Source: the human T2T-CHM13v2.0 reference genome, Homo sapiens. Taken from it: a stretch of 64,000 nucleotides of DNA. Shown here piece by piece: positions 1 through 10,129 of this stretch. Positions within the stretch are counted from its first letter, which is position 1; every line of letters begins with the position of its first letter. Location: assembly GCF_009914755.1 (NCBI RefSeq), contig NC_060927.1; one strand, 5' to 3'. The translations under genes and the position numbers were made by a program. The notes under the pieces were generated by a model that worked only from the letters and a program-made list of their open reading frames with translations, was not told the origin of the DNA and searched no databases.

Positions 1-1520
1 GGTCATGCATAAATGCTGATCTCGAGAGTTTTTGTTACCCCACTGTGACCAGATGATTAAACTATCCCTGCCTTGAGAAGACTGTTATAAACATGATATC
101 ATGCAAGGAGTAGATGGAACATTTAAATGGACAGAGAGCTAGGATTTCACTGACCTTACAGAAAAAGTCTACAGTGTCCTATTCTTACTTGGATATACAA
201 CGTAAGAATATCTTTTATCTATCTTACAATTTGTAAAGTCCTTTAATCTGGATAATCTGACTTGCTTTTCATAGTCATCTAATGAGGACAGTCAAAAGAT
301 TATAAAGTTGCTAATTTCTAAGAGGAAACTAAGTAACTGTTTGAGTTGCCTACATGGCAGAACTCGGTCTTCTATTGAAGTTTTCTGAATCTGCCCCAGG
401 GTTCTTGATCCATTACGTGTGAACTGGTGTTGAAATACCTTCAGGACTTGTATGCTCATGTTGCTGTGGAGCTAGCCATAATTCCAGCTCGTTGTATTCA
501 TTAAAGAAAGAAATTATCGTGCCTTATTTCAATGCGAGACTCTGTTCTGTTTCTGAGTGGACTGGATGATTTTCTGGCTTAATAATATTACTTCTATGTA
601 AATTCTGTTTACATTGGTAGAGTTAAAAGTATAGATATGACTACAAATAATTTAACAAGTCAAACCATCAAAGTTGTATTTATTATTCTGTGTATAGAAT
701 AATACATGACCCTGCAACTGTCATCTGATGATTGTTCAGCTGGAAAAAAATGGGTACTATTGATAAAAAAAAATACATCACCCTTTGGATGTTTTTACCT
801 GTGAGATTAACCTTTGTTAAATATGGGAGTATTTGTTTTTAATGAGAGTGTTCTGTGTGTCTACTGGTGTAGAACCTTTATGCTAAGGTCATGAGGAATA
901 ACATAATGAAATGTCTAAAACACTATTACGTGTGCCAATTCCACTCATCGCCTATAGAAATATTTGTTTTAATGTATCAAAATGCTGTTTTTCTCCTGTT
1001 AATAAATAGTTATATCTACTATTTTATTCCTAGAGGTTTTTAACGCTTTTCATATAGCTATGAAGTCTCTTAAAAGATGGATCACAAAAAAGAGTGTCCC
1101 TGAAGTCCACTGTTTAACTGAAACTTTTTTGTTTTTTTTTAAATCAGGTAGAAACCTGAATAATTTCTCAACTTATCCTTTTCTCTCATTACCTGACTGC
1201 CTACCAACAAGAAAATAAAAGGATTTCATTTAGAAATGTAAAAAGACAGTTAATATTCAGACTTCTAATAACTTGGGAAGCATGTTGTTATATACAGCAA
1301 ATGGCTTCACCTCTCAGAGCCCAAGTTTCTTTATTTCCTCATGTTATTTGAATCTCAATCTCATTCATCCTTATAATTGGATTTTTTTCTCTCTCTCTCT
1401 TTTTCCTTGGGCAATCTCTTGTGGAAAAAAAACAAACAAAAAAATGGGAATACAGTTGCTAATAAAGGCCATGTGAGGGCAGGCCTTCTGTGTCCCAAAC
1501 TAAGAACTCCTGACACAGAG

Positions 1521-1790
1521 ACAGCCTAGCCTAATGGATGTGAGCTGCCTGGGTTTCATTCCCTGCTGCACCACTCACCATCCGAGTGACCTTGGGCCCG
1601 ATATTTTAAACCCTCTGTACTTCCATTTTGTCATCAATAGCAAGAATACAACAATAACATTTACTTTATAGAAATGACTCTCAGATAAAATGTAAAACAA
1701 AAAACACATCACTAGTTACATACAGTGCTTAGAACAAATATCTCGCACATACTAAGTATTTAATTAATGTTAGCGAGTAATACTATCATC
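1521..1790 (+). mobile_element. MIR SINE
   Basis: MIR core ctgggtttcattccctgctgcaccactcac...gtgaccttggg and 3' end agtgcttagaaca...taattaatgttagc; ends approximate. Confidence 0.7.
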
Positions 1791-2187
1791 ATCACTTTTC
1801 TACTGCTGAATTTTCTGGTTTTAATAACTTTATTTTCGAAACCATCCATGATATGGCCTATTTTGGCACCACTGGGAGTGCTGCCATCTTCTCAAATAGA
1901 AAGCAATTGAGAACAATTCAGAATAAATTAGACCTCTGAAGATATGTCAGCCCCTTCACAGGAGACTCATTTTCAAAACCTGCTACCTCTAGGGCACTGC
2001 TGCCAGGGAAGGAGGCATTCTGTGAAAATCTATTTGTTTTCACATTTTTATTTTCTTTTAAACTGTCTACTCAAATATTAAGGAGAATTTTGTGCAAACA
2101 CCATCAATTTAATGGGTCAAGTTCATTACGAGATGGAAAGTACTTCAGCTGCTGGAAAAGCATGAATTTCTTCACTCAGTTTTTGCC

Positions 2188-2425
2188 AGCACAGTGTGGC
2201 ATAAATGACTGCACTGATTGCAAAAGCTCTGGTATCCAGCTACCTGGGTTCAAACCTTGGCTTTTCTGCTTTCCAACTGAGTCACCTCAGTTTTCTCATC
2301 TGGAAAATTGGGATAATAGTAGCAGTTACCTCTCTTCAGGGTTATTGTGAGGGCGGGGTGTGAGAAAAGCACCTAGCATGGGACCTAGAATATAGCAAGT
2401 CATCAACATTTGGTGGCTCTGGTTA
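2188..2425 (+). mobile_element. MIR SINE
   Basis: cctgggttcaaaccttggct...cctcagttttctcatctggaaaattgggataatagtag matches the MIR core. Confidence 0.8.
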
Positions 2426-3057
2426 TGTAAAGAATGCTTATACTGTACTAAATCTCGGTGAGAACCAATGATTCACAATTAGTGGAATACACCAGATCAC
2501 TGTGCTGGAGAGATGGGATGGCCTTGAGACATTCTATCATCAAATTCGTTTATAGATTTAAAAAAGGAAAAAAAAAGTCTTAAGAACTGAGATGAGTCGC
2601 CCAAGGACTGCAGTGATTGTAGTTTGACCACAAGTGAAAGGATTCCCACCTATTCCACTACAGTGTTGTTTGCGTGAACACATGCAGGTTGTGTATGTGT
2701 GATGCACCAGTACTGATTTATGTTAAGCTGACTTAGACTGCCATGCAGGGCCTAGATTATGGGAGTGAACAAATATTAGACAAAAACTAACTGAAGAACA
2801 TAAGAGAAGAGAGATCTGAATTTCCAATATAGTTGTCTTTCTGATTTCAAAAATCAGGAAACTTGTCCCCAGATTTTGTGTACGTTCATTTCTATGATGA
2901 GTTTCCAAAAACTGCAAGAGTCAAAATAGGGTTGTCATGCATGGATAGTTGGTGGAAGGTTCCAAGATTCCGTAACTAGACTTTAATGAAAAGAAAATTT
3001 AGATTTTCTACACTGCCTTTAAATTTTAAAAGGATGGAGCAAAAGAACACTCTAGAT

Positions 3058-3268
3058 CTATGCTGTCCAATATGGAAGCTACTAGCCATGTGTGCTCATT
3101 TAAATTTAACTTTAAATGAATTAAATTTTTTAAAATTAGCAAGTAAATTCCTCAGTGTACTAGCCACATTTCCAGTATTCACTATCCACACGTGGCTAGT
3201 GGCTGCCATGCTGGACAGGGCAGATGGACATTCCCATCTTTACAGAAAGTCCTTTTGGAAGGGTGCTA
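3058..3268 (-). mobile_element. MER3 hAT-Charlie MITE, full length
   Basis: Reverse of MER3 consensus (tgctgtccaatatgg...ctagccacattt...gtggctagtggctgccatgctggacag); 8-bp TSD ctctagat (3050-3057) / ctgtagat (3269-3276). Confidence 0.88.
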
Positions 3269-4040
3269 CTGTAGATCATTTGAGAAATCCTCACAATTAT
3301 AGTTAGTAGTGTAGGCTGCACAATGGCCAGAAGTACCATGGAAAGTATTTTCATGAAATGCAAAGATGTGCTTGCACGGATGATAAGAAATTGGCCTAGA
3401 CTCTTTAGAGAATTTAGTCAAATCCAAGGCATTTACTATGCAATGAAGAGTCTATAATTTGTGACGTGGGAAAGATCTCCAAGAAGGGAAAAAAAAAAAC
3501 CCTGCAGACTTTAAAGCGGGGGGAAAAAGACTAAACATTCAAATAATTCTGATGGAGGCTCACCTGATTTTCTAATTTATTTATAAGCATCTTTGAAGTG
3601 TTTTTCACTTTCAGAGTCACAACAGGGGCTTTTCCAATCAATATTTATGTTACTTACATTACACTTGGAAAACAGGTAACACTTTCAAATGCTGATATAT
3701 ATGGAAGAAGATTGCGTTGGCTCAAGACTGAGTCTATTCATGGAAAACGTCCATGATGATATAAAAAATTCTATCATTCACCATGATGAATTTTAAACAG
3801 AAGATACATTTTTATCTGCTTAGATTTTATTTTGGCAGTAAAATATCTAATGATTATTCAATTTTATCTGAAGTATAAAATATCATTAGGAACCCTGCCT
3901 GCATAAAGTGCTTTAAAATTTAATCTTAACACTGCCAACTGCTCTTTGCCATGGATTGAACTAATTAATACCAGTAGTTTCCAACTTTGAAGTCAGGAAG
4001 GAAGAATTGGTATTTTGCCCTCACAACTCTAATCTTTGAC

Positions 4041-4290
4041 AATAATGATAATCCTTATATCTGAATTGTGTTTTAGAATGCAAAATGCTTTCAGGCAAAG
4101 TGTTTTCACATAAAATAGCTCACTTGCTCTTGAAACAGTCACTTGAAACAGACAGGGGAGTTTTTAACATTCTTAACTTAGAAACAGGGAAACTGGTGTT
4201 TATGGAATTAAGTAATGCGTCCCAAAGACTCACAGTGGCGAGCGGAAATCAAGTCTTAATTTAGTGTTATTTCCGCTATGCTCTGCTGCC
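4041..4290 (-). mobile_element. MIR SINE
   Basis: gtgttttcacata...acagggaaactgg...aagtaatgcgtcccaaagactcacag is the reverse MIR core. Confidence 0.6.
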
Positions 4291-4454
4291 TTCCTGAGCA
4301 TCTTGTAACCTGCTCCAGTTGCTACCACCAGATTTCATACCAGACTGGGAAGGAGAGTAAAGAGGAAGGGAAAAGAGAAAGAAGAGAGGAAATGGGGGAA
4401 AATGACAGACAAGAGACAATTTATGTCCTTAAAAATAATTGGCACTGAGTCATT

Positions 4455-4773
4455 AGTACCAAATGTAACACGTTACCCTGGATGGGTTCCTGAAATGGAG
4501 AAAAGGGCATTAGGTAAAAATTAAGGAAATCTAATAAACTATAGGTTTTAGTTAATAAGTATGTGTTAATATTGGTTAATGAATAATAACAAGTGAACTA
4601 TATGATGTAAGATGTTAATAATAGGGAAAACTGGGTGTAGGATATGTGGGAACTCTCAGTACTACCTTTGCAAATTTTTTTATGTCAATCTAAAACTCTT
4701 CTATTAGATTGGTGCAAAAGTCATTGTGGTTTTTGCCATTATTTTTTTTAAAAATAACAAGTTTATTTTAAAA
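4455..4773 (+). mobile_element. Old L1 3' end (L1MC/L1MD-type)
   Basis: ccctggatgggttcctg...gatgttaataatagggaaaactgggtgtaggatatgtgggaactctcagtactac...tctaaaact, typical L1M 3' UTR. Confidence 0.8.
4704..4748 (+). mobile_element. Half MADE1 (one Hsmar1 TIR arm) inside the L1M 3' end
   Basis: ta|ttagattggtgcaaaagtcattgtggtttttgccatta vs MADE1 TTAGGTTGGTGCAAAAGTAATTGCGGTTTTTGCCATTA; second arm absent. Confidence 0.85.
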
Positions 4774-4909
4774 CACAGTTAGGAGGAGGAATATCCCAGA
4801 TCCCTCAAGGTTTACAGTGCCTCGTGTTGCTCTGTTGCAGTTGGCTCACTGTTTTGATGATGGGGAGTTTCCAGCCCAATGTATGATGCTTGTTTGATGA
4901 TACTGTAGA

Positions 4910-5113
4910 AGAGATGTGTCAAACTATGACCTGCGGGCCAAATTCAGCCCAGCTCCTTTTTTTATAAATGAAATTGTATTGGAACACAGCCATGCTCATT
5001 CATTTACATATTATCCCTGGCTGCTTTTGCACTACCACTAGCAGAGGTAATTATAAGAGAAGCCTAAAACATTTGCTATCCAAACCTTTACAGAGAAGTT
5101 TGCTGAACACTTG
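4910..5113 (+). mobile_element. MER58A hAT-Charlie
   Basis: caaactatgacctgcgggccaaattcagccc...tattggaacacagccatgctcattcatttac...cctttacagagaagtttgctgaacacttg. Confidence 0.88.
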
Positions 5114-5134
5114 TATACAACATCACATTTTCTG

Positions 5135-5530
5135 TTTTCCTTCAACAGCTACTAACCGAGTGCCTACCATGTGCCCAGCATTATTCTATGTGGTGGTGAC
5201 AGTGGCCATCAAGACAAAGACTCTGCCTGCTCTGCAACTTGCCTTCAAGAAAAATGAGATCGTAGAAATAAGCAGTTCCATCAATGAATCATGCAAGATT
5301 GTATCCAATAGCTCTAAACACTACAAAGAAAATAAAAGGAACATAATTGATAATAGAGAGTGATACTGGGAGCTAAGGCGGCTTAGAGTTGGCACACAAG
5401 TAAGGCCTCTCTGAGATGAATCCTAAATGATGAGAATGAATCCACTATGTAAAGATAAAGGGAACAACATTCCAGGTAGACGGCCTAGAAGCACAGCACA
5501 GAAGTCATAAGACAGAAACCGATTTCAAGG
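5135..5530 (-). mobile_element. L2 LINE 3' end
   Basis: ttcaacagctactaaccgagtgcctaccatgtgcccagca...aaggcctctctgag...cattccaggtaga. Confidence 0.75.
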
Positions 5531-5543
5531 CTAAATCCAGGAC

Positions 5544-5791
5544 TTTTTTTTTTTTTTTTTTTTTGAGACAGAGTCTCACTCTGTTGTCCAGGCTGGAGTG
5601 CAGTGGTGCAATCTTGGCTCGCTGAAACCTCTGCCTCCTGGGTTCAAGCAATCCTCCTGCATCAGCCTCCCGAATAGCTGGGACTACAGGCACGCACCAC
5701 CGCGCCCCGCTAATTTTTGTATTTTTAGTGATTCGTCCACCTTGGACTCCCAAAGTGTTGGAATTACAGGCGTAAGCCACCATGCCCAGCC
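5544..5791 (-). mobile_element. AluS with ~50-bp internal deletion in the left arm
   Basis: Poly-T tail and complete right arm, then atttttagt joined directly to gattcgtccacc (B-box region missing). Confidence 0.95.
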
Positions 5792-6112
5792 TAGATCAAG
5801 AAAATCGTAAGACTTTTCTAAACTTCCAAAATTAAATATATAAAAAAAAAAATCCACATCTCTTATTCCTATGTATGTATGTATTTATTTATTGCTGCAA
5901 AGTTTTTGAGAGTTTTTTCAAAGGGAATAACCAAGATCTTCATATTCCATAGGGACTTTGCTAATAAAATTGGTTATTATTTTAAGTACATTCCCCATGG
6001 GAAAAGGGCAGCACTAATTCTCATTTATCACAAGATTATATGGTATGTTATGTTTCCTTTTAAGTCTTAAAACAATGTCCTCCCTATTTGTGCTAAAGAA
6101 AAGAAGCTTCAA

Positions 6113-6218
6113 GGCCAGGCACTGGGGCTCATGCCTGTAATCCCAGCACTTTGGGAGGTCAAGGCAGGCAGATCACTTGGGCCCAGGAGTTCAAGATTAG
6201 CCTGGTCAACATGGCAAA
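6113..6218 (+). mobile_element. 3'-truncated, tailless Alu left arm (AluJb-like) with TSD
   Basis: ggccaggcactggggctcatgcctgtaatcccagc...caacatggcaaaa; flanked by aagcttcaa at 6104-6112 and 6219-6227. Confidence 0.92.
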
Positions 6219-6231
6219 AAGCTTCAAAAGC

Positions 6232-6297
6232 ATGACTAAGTTGTAACATATATGACTATGTTGTAACATATATGACATATATGACTATGTTGTAACA
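6232..6297 (+). repeat. 20-bp minisatellite, ~3.3 copies
   Basis: Unit atgacta(a/t)gttgtaacatat at 6232, 6252 and 6281, plus a partial at 6272. Confidence 0.9.
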
Positions 6298-6768
6298 AAA
6301 TATCTCTGGAACTTTCTTATCTCTATAACTGCAACTTTATACTCATTAAACAATAACTTCCCATGTGCAGTTTTTTGTACATCAATTATACTTTAATAAA
6401 GCTGGGGAAGGGGGACATTTGACTACTAATATACCAACTTAGAATCTGTTCTCTTTCACCACTGGACATGGAGAGGAAGAAGCTAGAATGTCCCAGAGTA
6501 TTATCTGTCAGACAGTAGTTCTAAATGATGTTATTAGGTGTATGTGGAAAAATTATTATGTTCAAATGAAGCTTCTTTACTATAGGATGTCTGAGGGGCC
6601 TTCGTAAGTGAACATAAATTGTGAAGTGACAAGCTGAAGCTTTTAAGGCATAGGAAACACCTAATGGGCAAGGGCCCTGGAGAATACTCTTGCTTTTGAG
6701 ACATAATTTGCTGCTTTGGATAATCAAATGAATTCTGATATTCTTCTTACTTTGGTTTTATACATATA

Positions 6769-6793
6769 TGTGTGTGTGTGTGTGTGTGTGTGT
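6769..6793 (+). repeat. (TG)n microsatellite
   Basis: Seen directly. Confidence 0.95.
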
Positions 6794-6937
6794 ACATGGG
6801 TGTGGGTGTGTGTTATAGAAATATATTTGGTGATATATATATCATCAAATATGTTATATACAGTATCATATAAAATTTGAGATAACTTATTTGCTAAAAT
6901 AAACCTGTTCCTTTAATGTGCAAAAAAAGGGGGAAAG

Positions 6938-7086
6938 TCACCAGGAAGGCTTCTTAAAAAACACTGATCCTTGGACTCTACTCCTGGCGTTTCTGACTCA
7001 GTAGCTGTGGGTGGGGGCTGAGAATCTGTGTTTCTAACAAATCCCCCCCATGCTGCTGCTCGGGGACTACACTTTGAGGACCACTG
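6938..7086 (+). mobile_element. MER5A hAT-Charlie (partial)
   Basis: gtttctgactcagtag...gagaatctgtgtttctaacaa...gggactacactttgaggaccactg. Confidence 0.85.
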
Positions 7087-7611
7087 ATCTAGATGTTCAT
7101 TTCAATTTTTTTGGGTCCTAGTAATATACACAATTGAAAGTAACAGGAATTACTAGGAGTTGTGATGCGTTAACAATTTCAGCATCTCAATTTCTTTAGT
7201 AAGAGTTTCATTTCCCTATATAAAATGTTAATGACCAGAGTATGCATTTGTTGCTTTAAATTAACCATATGAGAGGTAGTGTGAAAGACGCACACGAAAA
7301 CAGAGGCGGCCAGTGACATTAAAGGGCCAGCACCCTCACATCAGGTACACAATCTCACTCATTTTTTTTTTCCTTAGACATCTTCACTTATGGTCCATTG
7401 AGGCCTTCAGTGTTACTACAGGTAAAGGTGATGTCAAGTCCTGCCCAGCCACCCTCACCTGTAGAACACACACTGTGCTGCTGGAGTTCAGAGAGGAAAG
7501 TGGCTTTTTGCCCCATCACCCCAACCCCAGCCAACAGAAGCGTTCAGCAGTCAGGCTCATTTTCTCTTATTCTGTTCTTTGTGCTGAGTTACCATCTGCT
7601 GCTATCCCAAT

Positions 7612-7616
<5 letters not shown>

Positions 7617-7687
<71 letters not shown>

Positions 7688-7745
7688 TTATACACACATA
7701 TATACACACACACATCATATACATATACATATGTATATACATATA
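7617..7745 (+). repeat. Compound (TA)n(CA)n microsatellite at the Tigger3b insertion site
   Basis: ~(TA)24, then ~(CA)12, then degenerate TA/CA repeats. Confidence 0.95.
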
Positions 7746-9019
7746 CAGTCATACATTGCCTAACAATGAGGATACTTTCTGAGAAATGCCTCATTAGGCA
7801 ATTTTGTCATTGTATGAACAATACTTACATAAATACTTACATAATACTTACATAAATACTTACATACAATACTTACATAAATCTGGTTGGTATAGACTAT
7901 GCACACCTAGGCTGTACAGTATAGCCCATGGTTCCTAGGCTGCAAACCTGTACAGCATGTTACTGGACTAAATACTGTAGGCAACTGTAACACAATGGTA
8001 AGTATCCATATATCTAAACATATCTAAAGATAGAAAAGGTACAGTAACAATACAGTATAAAAGACTTTGTAGATGGTACACATGTACAGGGCACTTACCA
8101 AGAATGAAGCTTGCAGGAATGGAGGTTGCTCTGGGAGAGTGAGTGAGAGAGTGAGTGGCTGACTGAATGTGCAGCCTAGGACATTATGGTGCACTCTTGC
8201 AGATTTTATAAACACTGTACACTAGTCTGCATCGTTTATTTCTAAAATATTTTTCTTTCTTCCATAATAAATTAACCTTAGCTTACTGTAACTTTTTGAC
8301 TTTATAAACTTTTGAATGTTTTTAACTTTTTGACTCTTTTGTAAAACACTTAGCTTAAAACAAACACTCTGTACAGCTGTACAAAGATATTTTCTTTATA
8401 ATCCTTACTCTATAAGCTTTTTTCTATTTTTAAATTTTTAAATTTTTACTTTATACTTTTTAAACTTTTTGATTAAAAAAAAACTAAAACACAAACACAC
8501 GCCAGCCTAGGCCTACCCAGGGTCAGGATCGTCAATATCAGTGTCTTCCACTTCCACATCCTATCCCACTGGAAGGTCTTCAGGGACAGTAACACACATG
8601 GAGCTGTCATCTCCTATTAGAACAATGCCTTCTTCTAGAATACCTCCTGAGGACCTGCTTGAGGCTGTTTTACACTTACCTTATTTATTTTTTGTAAGTA
8701 GAAAGAGTATACTCTAAAATAAGGTTAAAATGTATAGTATAGTAAATACCTAAACAATAACTTAGTCATTTATAATCATATCAAGAATTATGTACCGCAC
8801 CTAATTGTATGTGCTGTTTTTATATGACTGGCAGCACAATAGGTTTGTAAACAGCATCACCACACACATGTCAGTAATGTGTTGTGTTGTGTTGTGACAT
8901 CATAGGACAGCTATAATGTCACTAGGCAATAGGAATTTTTCAGTCCCATTATAATCTTAGGAGACTACCATGATATATGCTATATATTGACTGAAACATT
9001 ACTATGCAGTACATGACCA
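7746..9019 (+). mobile_element. Tigger3b (TcMar-Tigger), full length
   Basis: Left TIR cagtcatacattgcctaacaatg, right TIR cattactatgcagtacatgacca, TA on both sides; internal cctaggctgcaaacctgtacagcatgttactg and ggtcaggatcgtcaatatc match Tigger3b. Confidence 0.9.
7820..7882 (+). repeat. 11-13-bp tandem repeat (aatacttacata) x5 inside Tigger3b
   Basis: Copies at 7820, 7832, 7843, 7855 and 7868. Confidence 0.9.
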
Positions 9020-9059
9020 TATATATATATTCCTGATGTTAAAGAACAACTCTTCCTCA

Positions 9060-10090
9060 CTTAAGAATATTTTTAAAATACCGAAGAGTACAAGCAAACC
9101 AAAACATAAACTCACAAATTAAAATCATCCCTATTCCCAAAGCCAGAAATAATCACAATTAACATTTTGGTGTATTCACTTCTAATTGTTTTTTATCTGA
9201 AATATATGTTAAATTGAAATGTTTTTATGTTTATTGGCCATTTCCATTTCTTCCAGAAATTGCTCTTTGTTGTCTTTCAATATTTTTCCATTATTTTCAA
9301 CTAATTTTTTCCATTAGGGTATTACTGTATTTACCCTAATTTAAAAATTAAATTAGGTAAATTATCCAACTTACTTACAATTTGCCAATACGCAACCATG
9401 TTGACTTGCAAAAAAAGTGATATAATTTTTAGCTTTTAATTCTGCTTGTAATGTTCAGAAATCTTCAATTTTCACAGAGTTAAATACCTCTAATTTTTTC
9501 TTTGTTATTTTCCCCCAGTGTTTCAGTAATTAGTCTAACCATCCAAGGTCATTTAAATGTTCATGTTTTTGTTCTTTGTTTTATTATATCACTTTAATAT
9601 CTTGCCAAATACATCCATCCAGTGAACATTAACTTGACAGTTTTATCAAAATGTATTTTTTCCTTCCCATCATTTATTGAGTATTCTATATATTTCCAGT
9701 TTGTTATACTTGCTTTAGGACATAATATTATGAATTAAAATCTTATATAGCTTATTAAGGTCATATTCATATAAACGCTTATTTCATTTATGTGCCATTG
9801 CATTTGTTTTTATAACATGTGCCTAGCACAATGCCATTTTAATTATGAAAGCTTTATAAAACTGTATTTCATCAATTCTAAGATGCACAATTTTTCATAT
9901 ACTAACATTTTCTGAAAGGGAATGATTCTTAGCATGACAGAAAATTACAGTTTTTTTTTTCTTTTCAGTGGTTGATAAAACAATGGTTTATATTACAATC
10001 CATGATTCTTCTATTCATCGAAATACATAATGCTTTAATACTTGGTGGGACAAAGTTTCTTTTATTATTTCTTGTCAGTTTAGATTTATT
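9060..10090 (-). mobile_element. Old L1M 3'/ORF2 fragments
   Basis: aataatcacaattaacattttggtgtatt; tgtttattggccatttccatttcttcc; gccattttaattatgaaagctttataa...tttaatacttggtgggacaa, interrupted by MER104. Confidence 0.55.
9862..10028 (+). mobile_element. MER104 (TcMar-Tc2 MITE)
   Basis: TIRs ctgtatttcatcaattctaagatgc ... attcttctattcatcgaaataca. Confidence 0.75.
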
Positions 10091-10129
10091 TTATTTACAT
10101 TTTTATTCTTTTTTCTTTTCTATAGATTT

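Noticed and set aside
3615-3675. Possible 61-nt + strand exon (tttcag|agtc...aacag|gtaac)
   Set aside because: No recognisable peptide and no partner exons; such site pairs are common by chance
5505-5810. Alu-derived ORFs (also 13443-13852, 15752-15999, 19618, 30063, 40523, 58203, 59832)
   Set aside because: Standard Alu translation artefacts
7313-7855. 180-aa and overlapping ORFs with YI/TH runs
   Set aside because: Open only because they cross the (TA)n(CA)n microsatellite and the Tigger end
6232-7882. Short repeated units as a CRISPR-like array
   Set aside because: Head-to-tail tandem repeats with no unique spacers, in a eukaryotic context with no cas genes
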